Assembly: GCA_905372835.1 (NCBI GenBank)
Contig: CAJPQK010000001.1
Span: forward strand, 360,336-424,335
DNA: 64,000 nt
Source: Candidatus Saccharimonadota bacterium
GTDB taxonomy: Bacteria; Patescibacteriota; Saccharimonadia; Saccharimonadales; Saccharimonadaceae
Reading direction: 5' to 3'
Shown here: in pieces, positions 45,201 through 54,012 of the stretch
Numbering within the stretch: the stretch's first letter is position 1
How the letters are laid out: every line of letters begins with the position of its first letter
Made by a program: the position numbers and the translations under genes
Notes under the pieces: generated by a model
Database searches by the model: none
Seen by the model: the letters and a program-made list of their open reading frames with translations, nothing else
What the model was told of the DNA's origin: nothing

Positions 45201-46718
45201 CTATCGATGCCGAAACAGTGACGAGACGCCGCCGGTCAATTGCTGGAGGATGCCACCGCTACGCGACAATTGCAAACGCAGCTTGTCTTTAGCGTGAGGC
45301 GTTATGATCAGTTCGCGCCAATCCGGCTTGGGGTGGGCAGATTTATTGGTCAACACTTCTATGGTGTCGCCGTGCCGCAAATGATAGGTAAACGGCTTCA
45401 TGACACCATTGATTTTGAAGCCACTAGCGTGTGCCGCGACGTCGGAGTGAATGCGATACGCATAATCCAACGGGAAAGCGCCGCGCGGCAAATCATAAAT
45501 ATCGCCTTTTGGAGAATACACGAAAATGCGGTCCGAGAATAATTTCATGCGGAACTTATTAGAATCAAATCGTTTGCCTTCGCCCGCCAACGCTGCCGCT
45601 TCCTGGAGATCGCGAATCCACGACAGGTCTGCCGGCATAGCGCCTATACGACCCTTTTTGTACGCGTCGGTTAATTTCTGCTCATTGTAGTGGAAGCTGG
45701 CCGCCAAACCACGCTCAGCGTATTCGTGCATCTCTTTGGTACGAATTTGAAATTCAACAATTTGCCCACTCGGCGTTTGCACGGTGGTGTGTAGACTTTG
45801 GTAACCGTTTGGCTTGGGGTTGGCGACATAATCTTTGATCCGCTCGTACATCGGCTGATACATATCGTGCAGAATCCCTAGAACCAAATATCCCGTCGAC
45901 AAATCATCAACAATCACTCGCAGGGCGATCAAATCATAAATCTTATCGATATCGCCAACCTTATCAAGTTTTTTGAACAGGCTGTAGACGCTTTTGACGC
46001 GGCCGTCCATCTGGAAAACCAGCTTTTCTTCCTTTAGTCGCGCCTCGACTTCGCGGCGAACACGATCCAGCTTTCGCTGCGATTTTTTCAAGCGACTATC
46101 CATCAAACTTTTGGTGCGGTGAAAATCTTTCGGCATCAAATATTTGAAGCTCAATTCTTCTAGCTGCACGCGCACCCGCCCCATATTCAATCGGTCCGCC
46201 AGTGGGGCAAACACCTCAATCGTCTCACGAGCAATTTTCTTTTGTTTCTCGGGCGACATAAATTGCAACGTCCGCATATTATGCAAGCGATCCGCCAGTT
46301 TGATGATAATCACCCGCACGTCTTCACCGACTGCGATCATCAGCTTGGTCAAATTATCCTTGGTGTGCGGCAAATAGCTGTCCAGGCTACGCATGCCGGC
46401 GCGCGCCTGCGAAACCTTGGTCACGCCATCCACCAAAAACGCCACATCTCGTCCAAATAAACTCTCCAACTCATCTAGCGTCGCGTCGGTGTCCTCGACC
46501 GTGTCATGGAGCACGCCTGCCACCACCGTGTCGATGTCCATACCCCACTCAATCAAAATCTCGGCCACCGCCAGCGGGTGATTGATATACGGCTCGCCGC
46601 TTTTGCGTTTCTGCCCGGCATGTTTTTCAGTCGCATAGTCAATGGCACTCGCTAAAACCAGCACTGGCACCTCATCATACTTTTGCCCAGCTGTGGCGAG
46701 TAGCTCTTCACGCGTCAT
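45201..46718 (-). CDS. rel: RelA/SpoT family bifunctional (p)ppGpp synthetase/hydrolase, short form (HD + synthetase + TGS)
   Basis: HD motif HDTVEDT, synthetase motifs DLIALRVIV and YQSLHTTV, TGS-like FSDRIFVYSPKGDIYDLPRGAFPLDYAY. 505 aa, so the C-terminal regulatory domains are absent. Confidence 0.92.
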   Translation of the reverse strand: MTREELLATAGQKYDEVPVLVLASAIDYATEKHAGQKRKSGEPYINHPLAVAEILIEWGMDIDTVVAGVLHDTVEDTDATLDELESLFGRDVAFLVDGVTKVSQARAGMRSLDSYLPHTKDNLTKLMIAVGEDVRVIIIKLADRLHNMRTLQFMSPEKQKKIARETIEVFAPLADRLNMGRVRVQLEELSFKYLMPKDFHRTKSLMDSRLKKSQRKLDRVRREVEARLKEEKLVFQMDGRVKSVYSLFKKLDKVGDIDKIYDLIALRVIVDDLSTGYLVLGILHDMYQPMYERIKDYVANPKPNGYQSLHTTVQTPSGQIVEFQIRTKEMHEYAERGLAASFHYNEQKLTDAYKKGRIGAMPADLSWIRDLQEAAALAGEGKRFDSNKFRMKLFSDRIFVYSPKGDIYDLPRGAFPLDYAYRIHSDVAAHASGFKINGVMKPFTYHLRHGDTIEVLTNKSAHPKPDWRELIITPHAKDKLRLQLSRSGGILQQLTGGVSSLFRHR

Positions 46719-46724
46719 ATATAT

Positions 46725-46745
46725 AGTATACCATTATGGTATAAT
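46725..46745. promoter_or_regulatory. back-to-back divergent extended -10 promoters (rel and MFS genes)
   Basis: AGTATACCA tta TGGTATAAT. Each TGgTATA(C/A)T lies 6 nt from its ATG (46718 minus strand, 46752 plus strand) within a 33-bp intergenic region. Confidence 0.55.
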
Positions 46746-46751
46746 AGTGGG

Positions 46752-47915
46752 ATGAAAAATCCGCTCGTCCGACGCTTGGCGCCACTGTTTATTGCGAAGT
46801 TCCTGTTGTGTTTTGTATTTTGGTATTCCATTGAAAAACTCTTTATGTACAGCATAGGATTCAATGATGCCAGTATTGGTTTGATGGCAGCGATTTACGC
46901 GGTGATGTCAGTCTTCATGGAAGTGCCATCTGGTGTGCTGGCGGATCGGTGGAGTCGAAAAGGCGTCATGATCCTGTCGGCCTTAAGTATGTTACTAAGC
47001 AGTTATTTTGGGTGGATTAGCAATAACCCATCACTATATGTCGTATCGGCAGCATTTTGGGGATTCTTTGATGCTCTTGCCAGTGGTACTGGTTCAGCCA
47101 TGATTTATGACTTACTCAAAGAAGAGCAGGGACATACAAGAAATTACGATAAGATTTTGGGGCGCTTTGAGATGCTTGGCGGTATCGCTTTAATTATCAG
47201 TGCATTATTGGGTGGATGGTTAGCGTCTGCCACATCGCTCAGGTCGGCGTTCTTTGCGACAATCATTACTGCAGGGTTAGCAGCAGTGGTCTTATTGTTC
47301 TATCGAGACACCACGATTCACAAACAATCAACCGATGCGAAATTGATTGAGCATACGAAAGGTACGTTTGCGGCTGTTTTCAAGAACCCTGACCTTGCCT
47401 GGCTGGTGGTTGTTATGTTGGTAGTATTTTTGGTGCAGAAAATGAATGGCGAGTTCTATCAACTATGGTATGCGGCGTTGTCTATGCCGGCAGCATTGTT
47501 TGGTATAGCGGGAGCTATCATCACGGGCACATATAGTTCTGGTGGTGCAATCGTTCGCTTCTTTGCAACTCGACGACGAGTCCTATTGGCGCTAGCTGTC
47601 TGCTTTATCTCCGCAATCGGCATGACTATCAGCCCATCATTTTGGTTAACCGTTGGACTGCAGTTTATTATTGGCACGCTGTCGTTTGCACTAGTTCTTG
47701 CGCTTACATCAAAAATGCAGCACTATCTACCGTCGAAATATCGCGCCGGTGCCGGTTCGGTGATCAACACTGTTGGTCGCCTGATATTCATCCCATGCGC
47801 ATTATTGTTTGGTTTTCTGTCAAATACTACGAGTATCTTTGTCGCAGGCTCTATGACAGTTGTATTTATCGGCATTGGTCTATTTGCAGAGTTTCACGCT
47901 AGAAGAGAAAAATAG
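46752..47915 (+). CDS. MFS transporter
   Basis: About 12 TM helices. The loop motif GVLADRWSRKG after TM2 is the typical MFS signature. Confidence 0.85.
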   Translation: MKNPLVRRLAPLFIAKFLLCFVFWYSIEKLFMYSIGFNDASIGLMAAIYAVMSVFMEVPSGVLADRWSRKGVMILSALSMLLSSYFGWISNNPSLYVVSAAFWGFFDALASGTGSAMIYDLLKEEQGHTRNYDKILGRFEMLGGIALIISALLGGWLASATSLRSAFFATIITAGLAAVVLLFYRDTTIHKQSTDAKLIEHTKGTFAAVFKNPDLAWLVVVMLVVFLVQKMNGEFYQLWYAALSMPAALFGIAGAIITGTYSSGGAIVRFFATRRRVLLALAVCFISAIGMTISPSFWLTVGLQFIIGTLSFALVLALTSKMQHYLPSKYRAGAGSVINTVGRLIFIPCALLFGFLSNTTSIFVAGSMTVVFIGIGLFAEFHARREK

Positions 47916-47963
47916 TTTGGTATATAATAGGAGAAAAGGCTAACGCTTAACAGGGAGGGCAGT

Positions 47964-48986
47964 ATGGCAGCAACAAGAATAGCAATTAACGGCTTTGGGC
48001 GGATTGGGCGCAATGCGTTTAAGATTGCGCGTGAGCGGAGCGACTTGGAGATTGTCGCCATCAATGATTTGACGGACACAAAGACACTGGCGTATCTTCT
48101 CAAACATGACAGTAACTACGGTGAATATGGTCGCCAGGTGACATTTACAGAAAATGAACTAATCGTTGATGGTCAGTCCGTCAAAGTTTTGGCCGAGAAA
48201 GAGCCGCAACAATTGCCATGGAAAGATATGAATATTGACGTAGTGATTGAATCGACTGGCTTCTTTACTGACAAAGAGGGCGCGGGCAAACACCTGGAAG
48301 CTGGTGCTAAGCGCGTGGTCATCAGCGGACCAACCAAGTCTGATGGTATTGATACGATTGTATTTGGTACTAATGACGACAAGATCGCCTCGGCCACGCC
48401 GATTGTCTCAAATGCCAGCTGCACCACCAACAGTCTGGGCGCGGTGATGGCTGTCCTGGACGCGGAGTTTGGCGTGGAAAAATCAATGCTGACAACAGTA
48501 CACAGCTACACTGCCAGTCAAAGACTGCAGGATGCGCCGTCCAAGGATTTGCGTGAAGGCCGCAATGCCGCTGAAAACATGGTGCCGACAACAACAGGTG
48601 CAGCTATTGCCGTGACGAAAACGTTGCCGCAGCTAACTGGCAAATTTGACGGCCTCAGTGTGCGTGTACCGACGCCAGTGGTATCCCTCAGTGACGTGAC
48701 GGCACTGCTGCGACGTGACGTGACAGTCGAGCAGGTGAACGAGGCGTTCAAAAAAGCAGCGCAAAGTAATTTTTACCAGGGGATTTTGGACGTATCTGAA
48801 GAGCCTTTGGTTAGCCGTGATTTTATCGGTAATTCGTGCTCGGGAATTGTTGATCTGCCACTGACAAAGGTGGTTGGCGGCAACTTGATAAAAGTGATGG
48901 TCTGGTACGATAATGAGTGGGGATATTCCAACCGGCTGGTTGAATTGGTGGCGGATGTTGGACATTATTTGCAGAAAGTAGAATAA
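47964..48986 (+). CDS. gap: type I glyceraldehyde-3-phosphate dehydrogenase
   Basis: INGFGRIGR, active site SNASCTTNS, WYDNEWGYS. Confidence 0.96.
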   Translation: MAATRIAINGFGRIGRNAFKIARERSDLEIVAINDLTDTKTLAYLLKHDSNYGEYGRQVTFTENELIVDGQSVKVLAEKEPQQLPWKDMNIDVVIESTGFFTDKEGAGKHLEAGAKRVVISGPTKSDGIDTIVFGTNDDKIASATPIVSNASCTTNSLGAVMAVLDAEFGVEKSMLTTVHSYTASQRLQDAPSKDLREGRNAAENMVPTTTGAAIAVTKTLPQLTGKFDGLSVRVPTPVVSLSDVTALLRRDVTVEQVNEAFKKAAQSNFYQGILDVSEEPLVSRDFIGNSCSGIVDLPLTKVVGGNLIKVMVWYDNEWGYSNRLVELVADVGHYLQKVE

Positions 48987-49134
48987 TCTCGAAGAATATT
49001 GTGAAAAGGAATAACCCCGCACCGTGGTGGTACGGGGACGCCAGATCTTGACGATTTCACAGAGTATTTTTTATGTACGCCCTCTGCTGGCGTAAGTATC
49101 CTCAGTCCTCCTTGGCCTCATTATGTCCAAAGAG

Positions 49135-49482
49135 CTAACACTCGAAGAATTGTTCGAGTTGCTTCTTCATGACTCTTTCGCGCCGCCACTGGAGGGCGGC
49201 GAGTATGATGCCCGTAGCCAAAAAGGCGACGGCCGCCCAGGCAGGGGCATCATACACCGCCGTCGGCAGTGATGCTACCGCTGGATACGCCGCATCCTCC
49301 GCTACGGTAGCGGCTGCCCTCCAAGCAATTGCGATAAACGCAAGGTGAAGGATGGCAAATCCGGCTGCAGCGAGCACGCTCGCCGCCGCCAGTCGGCGCC
49401 AGTACAGCGCCGTGACGGCGGCTGCGAACAGTCCGACGATAAACATGATACTGACAGTGACGGTCAGCCAGATTGTGGACAC
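49135..49482 (-). CDS. hypothetical Ala-rich small membrane protein (3 TM)
   Basis: GTG start with GGGAGGAG Shine-Dalgarno 8 nt upstream. 115 aa. Confidence 0.6.
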   Translation of the reverse strand: MSTIWLTVTVSIMFIVGLFAAAVTALYWRRLAAASVLAAAGFAILHLAFIAIAWRAAATVAEDAAYPAVASLPTAVYDAPAWAAVAFLATGIILAALQWRRERVMKKQLEQFFEC

Positions 49483-49616
49483 AATTCTCTCCTCCCAGAG
49501 AAAATTCTGAGGTGCGGCCTTTCAGAACCGCGACCTCAAGCGGGGTGTACTCCCCGCGAGTTCACCTTTCGGTTTGAAAAGCTGATATATATATCATACA
49601 AGCCACAAAATGTCAA
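49483..49616 (-). promoter_or_regulatory. strong sigma70-type promoter plus roughly 100-nt structured leader with terminator-like hairpin
   Basis: Minus sense: TTGACA (plus 49611-49616), 17-nt spacer, TGaTATATA. Leader hairpins GCGGGG/CCCCGC (49540-49557) and TGAGGTCGCGG/GCCGCACCTCA (49508-49538) are followed by GAATTTTCT and then the Shine-Dalgarno. Confidence 0.45.
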
Positions 49617-49705
49617 TACTTTTTGTCAAATAGGCATGCTTCACCCCTGGAGTAATCTCCGACTTTCCCTTGCAAAAATCGCCTAAACCGCTTATACTTA
49701 TGAGT

Positions 49706-50158
49706 ATGAAAATTTACTTGGGATCTGACCATCGCGGCTTTTTATTGAAAGAAAAAGTCTTCGCGTATTTGGTGAAAAATAACTACGAAGTCGAGGACGT
49801 CGGTGGGCGAGAATTGAACCCGGATGATGATTTTCCTCAATTTGCTCAAGCGGCGGCTTTGCGGGTGATTGGTGATGAGTCGGACGATCCGCGAGCAATT
49901 TTGATTTGTGGTGGCGGTCAAGGTATGTGCATGGCGGCGAACCGTTTCAAGGGGATTCGTGCCAGTGTCATTTGGGATGCCTATGAAGCCAAAATGACGC
50001 GCCAGGACAATAACTCAAACGTGTTGTGCTTGCCGGCTCGTGTTTTGGAAGACAATGAAGCAGCGTGGAAGGGAATCATGGAGACATGGCTCAACACTCC
50101 GTATGTTGACGCACCAAGATTTAATAGGCGCAATGCGCAGTTGGACCAATTATTATGA
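49706..50158 (+). CDS. rpiB: ribose-5-phosphate isomerase B
   Basis: MKIYLGSDHRGF ... ILICGGGQGMCMAANR match RpiB/LacAB. TATACT at 49693-49698 lies 7 nt upstream of the ATG. The track start (TTG at 49670) was rejected. Confidence 0.92.
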   Translation: MKIYLGSDHRGFLLKEKVFAYLVKNNYEVEDVGGRELNPDDDFPQFAQAAALRVIGDESDDPRAILICGGGQGMCMAANRFKGIRASVIWDAYEAKMTRQDNNSNVLCLPARVLEDNEAAWKGIMETWLNTPYVDAPRFNRRNAQLDQLL

Positions 50159-50805
50159 ACACAGTAATTACTCCCAGTATTCTGGCAGAAAATGTTGATC
50201 AGTACAAAGAGCAAATTGAGCGAATCACCGGTTTTGCCGAGCGAGCGCACATTGATATTTCTGATGGGCAATTTGCACCAAATTTGACGGTTGGTTTGCG
50301 AGATTTGTGGGCACCAGAAGGCTGGCAGATTGATATCCATGCTATGGTGAAAAATGTCGATGAATACATCGAAGATTTGGTGGCGCTGCGCCCAAATATG
50401 ATTTTGCTTCACGCTGAGTCTGAGGGCGATATCCTTGGTGCGCTGCAGAAAATCAAACAAGCAGATATCAAAGCTGGCTTGGTGTTGATGCGTCCGACCG
50501 TTCCGAGTACTGTTGTTGATCTCATCAAGGCATCAGACCACGTCATGATATTTTCTGGTGAGCTTGGCCGTTTTGGTGGTAGCGCCAGTTTGATGCAATT
50601 GGAAAAAATTCGTCTCATCAAAGACATCAACCCGGCTGTAGAAATTGGCTGGGACGGTGGCGTTATGCCAGACAACGCCTACGGCTTGGCGCATAGCGGT
50701 GTCAATATTTTGGTGGTTGGTGGCGCCATCCAAAAATCGCCAAATCCTCGAGAAGCCTATCAAAACATTCAAAATGAAATTAACAAAAAGGGCATGTTGG
50801 GCTAG
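50155..50805 (+). CDS. rpe: ribulose-phosphate 3-epimerase family protein
   Basis: ITPSILAENV, HIDISDGQFAPN, IDIHAM, and the C-terminal VVGGAI pattern resemble Rpe (divergent). Overlaps rpiB by 4 nt. Confidence 0.75.
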   Translation: MNTVITPSILAENVDQYKEQIERITGFAERAHIDISDGQFAPNLTVGLRDLWAPEGWQIDIHAMVKNVDEYIEDLVALRPNMILLHAESEGDILGALQKIKQADIKAGLVLMRPTVPSTVVDLIKASDHVMIFSGELGRFGGSASLMQLEKIRLIKDINPAVEIGWDGGVMPDNAYGLAHSGVNILVVGGAIQKSPNPREAYQNIQNEINKKGMLG

Positions 50806-51641
50806 TGCAGCCAAACGTCACACGTAAGCAATTGGAACAGCACGCTGCGTCAGTGCGTCGCTCCATCATCACCATGCTGGAGCAGGCTGGTAGTGGTCAC
50901 ACTGCTGGCGCGTTAGGCTTGGCGGACATCATGACAGCTTTGTATTTTGCGGTGCTTCACGTCAGTCCAGAGAACCCGGATTGGGCCGAACGAGATCTCT
51001 TCGTCATGAGCAACGGTCACTGCGCGCCCGTACTGTACGCGACTTTGGCGGAGCGTGGTTTCTTCCCCAGATCGGAGCTGGCGACACTCAGACAGTTTGG
51101 CTCTCGATTGCAGGGGCATCCAGAACGTCAAGCACTGCCTGGCATTGAGACGACTAGCGGGCCATTGGGCTCAGGCTTGAGCCAAGCTTCGGGTATGGCC
51201 TACCATGTACGATACTTGCATCCACAGCCCAAGCGGTTTGTCTATTGTCTGATGGGCGATGGTGAATTAGACGAAGGTAATATCTGGGAAGCAGCGATGT
51301 TTGCTAGTAAATACAACTTGGGCAATCTCATCGGTATCGTTGATCGTAACAATATTCAAATTGGCGGTAGTACTGAGGACGTCATGCCGCTGGAAGATTT
51401 GCGAGGCAAATGGCGCAGTTTTGGCTGGCACGTTCAGGAGATTGATGGGCACAATATGGAGAGTATCTGTGAGGCCATGAGTATGGCTCGCGCTGTGATG
51501 GATAGACCAAGTGCCATCATTGCCCACACCATACCAGGCAAGGGGGTTGACTTCATGGAAGGCGATTATCATTGGCATGGGAAAGTTCCTACTGTCGAGG
51601 AAGCGCAGCGAGCGCTGGCTCAGTTGGAGGGTAGGAAATGA
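50805..51641 (+). CDS. transketolase, N-terminal subunit (split form)
   Basis: GSGHTAGALG (TPP-binding), GDGELDEGNIWEA, 278 aa. GTG start overlaps the previous stop. Confidence 0.92.
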   Translation: MQPNVTRKQLEQHAASVRRSIITMLEQAGSGHTAGALGLADIMTALYFAVLHVSPENPDWAERDLFVMSNGHCAPVLYATLAERGFFPRSELATLRQFGSRLQGHPERQALPGIETTSGPLGSGLSQASGMAYHVRYLHPQPKRFVYCLMGDGELDEGNIWEAAMFASKYNLGNLIGIVDRNNIQIGGSTEDVMPLEDLRGKWRSFGWHVQEIDGHNMESICEAMSMARAVMDRPSAIIAHTIPGKGVDFMEGDYHWHGKVPTVEEAQRALAQLEGRK

Positions 51642-52600
51642 TGTATCTACGTGAAGATTGGCAAACGCCCACCTATGCTTCGGTCCGAGGTGGCTTTGGT
51701 GACGGTTTGGTTACACTGGCCAAGCAGGATGACCGCGTCGTGGCGCTCAGTGCGGACCTGGTAGCAAGCGTTGGCTTTGGTAAATTTGCCGAGCATATCG
51801 GTGCGCCGAGACTCATTGAAGTTGGTGTGGCGGAACAAAACTTAGTGACGGTGGCGTCTGGGCTAGCAGCTATGGGCAATATCCCGTTTGCGGCCAGCTA
51901 CGCTTCGTTTAGTCCAGGACGTAATTGGGAGCAGATTCGGACGACGATTTGTCTCAATAATCAGCCAGTCAAGGTGGTTGGTTCGCATGCCGGGCTGAAC
52001 GTGGGTCCAGACGGTGCGACCCACCAAATGCTGGAAGATATCGCGCTGATGCGGAGCTTGCCAAACATGGTGGTGCTGGCGCCGGGCGATGCGTATGAGG
52101 CTAAACTGATGGCGGCAGTGATGGCGACCGACTCACAGCCAAATTATGTGCGGTTGCCGCGGGCTGATATGCCACTGTTTTTAAATCAGGCAACATTTGA
52201 AATCGGCAAGAGCTATACTCTGCGCCAGGGAACAGACGTGGCGTTGCTGGGCACTGGCACGATGACCTATCAATTACTACTGGCAGCGGAAATACTGGCA
52301 AATCAGCATAGCATCCAGGCGGAGGTTATTCATTTCCCGACCATCAAGCCGTTGGATGAGGCAGCAGTGCTGAGCGCCGCCCAAAAATGCGGCTGTATGG
52401 TGACGGCAGAAGAAGGGCAGATTGCTGGCGGGTTTGGCTCAAGTGTGGCGGAACTACTCAGTGAACAATTGCCGGTGAAAGTGAAACGGATTGGTGCCAA
52501 TGACATGTTTGGTGAGTCTGGCTCAATGGTCGAGCTGTGGCAAAAGCACGGCCTGGACGTCGACTCAGTAGTTAGTAACGTAGTCGATTTTCTCCAATGA
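51638..52600 (+). CDS. transketolase, C-terminal subunit (split form)
   Basis: GVAEQNLVTVASGLA, GPDGATHQMLEDIALMR. Overlaps the N-terminal subunit by 4 nt. Confidence 0.92.
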   Translation: MMYLREDWQTPTYASVRGGFGDGLVTLAKQDDRVVALSADLVASVGFGKFAEHIGAPRLIEVGVAEQNLVTVASGLAAMGNIPFAASYASFSPGRNWEQIRTTICLNNQPVKVVGSHAGLNVGPDGATHQMLEDIALMRSLPNMVVLAPGDAYEAKLMAAVMATDSQPNYVRLPRADMPLFLNQATFEIGKSYTLRQGTDVALLGTGTMTYQLLLAAEILANQHSIQAEVIHFPTIKPLDEAAVLSAAQKCGCMVTAEEGQIAGGFGSSVAELLSEQLPVKVKRIGANDMFGESGSMVELWQKHGLDVDSVVSNVVDFLQ

Positions 52601-52605
52601 AAATA

Positions 52606-52716
52606 GCCCACCGAAAACGTGCTCAAGCTGAAACTGGATAACTCAACCCAGGAAACGCGAGAAATTGCGTCTCAACTCAGATTGAACCAGTTTTCAGCGA
52701 GCTATTTTCGGTGGGC
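52606..52716. other. 111-nt long hairpin downstream of transketolase and of the minus-strand small gene
   Basis: GCCCACCGAAAA (52606-52617) / TTTTCGGTGGGC (52705-52716), a perfect 12 bp, plus CTGAAACTGG/CCAGTTTTCAG. In minus sense the stem is followed by TATTTT. Confidence 0.45.
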
Positions 52717-52726
52717 GTCAGCCCTC

Positions 52727-52894
52727 TCAGCCCTCCATGTACTTTTGCAGTATAGTACAGATGCAGGCGCTGATTAGCGCCGGTACGTACAGGGGGACAG
52801 GGAGCTCGCCCAGGTAGTGTGTCATAACATAACACACTACATAGACGGTAACACCTGCAATGCCCCCTAAAAAGAGGGCAAATCTCCACGACAT
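52727..52894 (-). CDS. hypothetical 55-aa two-TM membrane protein (not in ORF track)
   Basis: AAAGGAGGG then ATG. MSWRFALFLGGIAGVTVYVVCYVMTHYLGELPVPLYVPALISACICTILQKYMEG, translated by hand. Confidence 0.5.
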   Translation of the reverse strand: MSWRFALFLGGIAGVTVYVVCYVMTHYLGELPVPLYVPALISACICTILQKYMEG

Positions 52895-52911
52895 TTTTCC
52901 CTCCTTTCAGG

Positions 52912-52961
52912 AAAAACGTGCTCGAGGTCAAAGGGCTCTTCTGCCCTCAGACAAACCTCGA
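52912..52961 (-). promoter_or_regulatory. terminator-like two-tier hairpin in the leader of the 55-aa gene
   Basis: Minus sense: TCGAGGT ttgtctg AGGGC agaaga GCCCT ttg ACCTCGA gcacg TTTTT, immediately upstream of the Shine-Dalgarno. Confidence 0.4.
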
Positions 52962-53100
52962 ACAGAAGTTACTTGTAATATATCACATAGTACCGAAAAA
53001 GTCAACCTATCAATCGCACACAGGCCTGACGCGTGGCAGACCGCCCTTGGCAGAACGCGCGCTAATTGCTATAATTACCATAAGTATTTTAGGGGGCAGT

Positions 53101-54012
53101 ATGGGACTATCGATTTCAGAGATTCGGCAAAACACGACGCGAGCGCGTCATTTGATGCAGCGGACACGGGCGCAACATTTTGCGGTCGGGGCGTTTAATA
53201 TTGATAACCAAGAAACGCTGATCGCTGTGGCACGGGCGGCACAAAAACTGCAGTCGCCGGTGCTGGTTGAGGTTTCGGACGCCGAAGTGAAAGCCATGGG
53301 GCTAGAAAATGTGCGTGATTTGGTAGATAACTATAAGGCTGAATACGGCATTGAGATGTATTTGAATCTGGATCACGGACCGACAGCCGAGGGCTGTAAA
53401 CGGGCCATTGATGCGGGCTATGAGTTTGTGCACATCGACATTTCTCAGGCAAATCACGACGCTTCCGACGAGGAAATCATCGCTAAAACCCGCGAGGTTG
53501 TCGAGTATGCCAAGTTTACTGGTGCGCTGGTGGAGTCCGAGCCACACTACTTTGGCGGTAGCTCTAACGTTCACACTGAAGCTATTGACTATGAAGAGAT
53601 CAAAAAAACTTTTTCCACGCCAGATGGTGCGCGGGCATTTGTCGAGGCGACGGGGATTGATACCTTTGCAGCAGCAGTCGGTAATCTGCACGGTAAATAT
53701 CCGGTGCCGAAAGTATTGGATTTGGAATTGTTAGCACGCATTCGCGAGGTGCTGCACTGCCAGATTTCGCTTCATGGTGGGTCAGGTACGCCGCTGCACT
53801 ACTTTGAAGATGCGGCAAAAATTGGCGTTTCCAAAATAAACATCAACTCCGATATGCGCTATGCTTTCCGCACCGCACTGGAAAAAACCTTGCGTGAAAA
53901 TCCACATGAATATGCCATCGTTAAGCTGATGCCCGAGGTATATTTAGCAGTCCAGAAAGTCGTTGAAGAAAAAATCATGGCCTTTGGCTCAAGCGGAAGG
54001 GCAGTGATCTGA
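53101..54012 (+). CDS. fba: class II fructose-bisphosphate aldolase
   Basis: Start at the ATG at 53101 (AGGGGG Shine-Dalgarno; TGcTATAAT at 53067-53075). FAVGAFNIDNQETL, NLDHG, LHGGSGT motifs. The upstream part of track ORF 52918.. was rejected. Confidence 0.9.
   Translation: MGLSISEIRQNTTRARHLMQRTRAQHFAVGAFNIDNQETLIAVARAAQKLQSPVLVEVSDAEVKAMGLENVRDLVDNYKAEYGIEMYLNLDHGPTAEGCKRAIDAGYEFVHIDISQANHDASDEEIIAKTREVVEYAKFTGALVESEPHYFGGSSNVHTEAIDYEEIKKTFSTPDGARAFVEATGIDTFAAAVGNLHGKYPVPKVLDLELLARIREVLHCQISLHGGSGTPLHYFEDAAKIGVSKININSDMRYAFRTALEKTLRENPHEYAIVKLMPEVYLAVQKVVEEKIMAFGSSGRAVI

Noticed and set aside
49483-49581. Known riboswitch classes that control small membrane proteins (fluoride/crcB, guanidine-I/II/III)
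   Set aside because: No ACGR tetraloops (guanidine-II), no fluoride-riboswitch core and no ykkC-like motifs are recognisable. The downstream protein lacks CrcB or SMR signatures. Kept only as an unclassified leader.
52677-53100. 84-aa minus-strand ORF (52677-52931) and the N-terminal 61 codons of track ORF 52918-54012
   Set aside because: Both translations are Cys/Arg/Pro-rich nonsense. The aldolase homology begins at the ATG at 53101, which has its own Shine-Dalgarno and TGcTATAAT. A better small ORF (52727-52894, a different minus-strand frame) has a strong Shine-Dalgarno.
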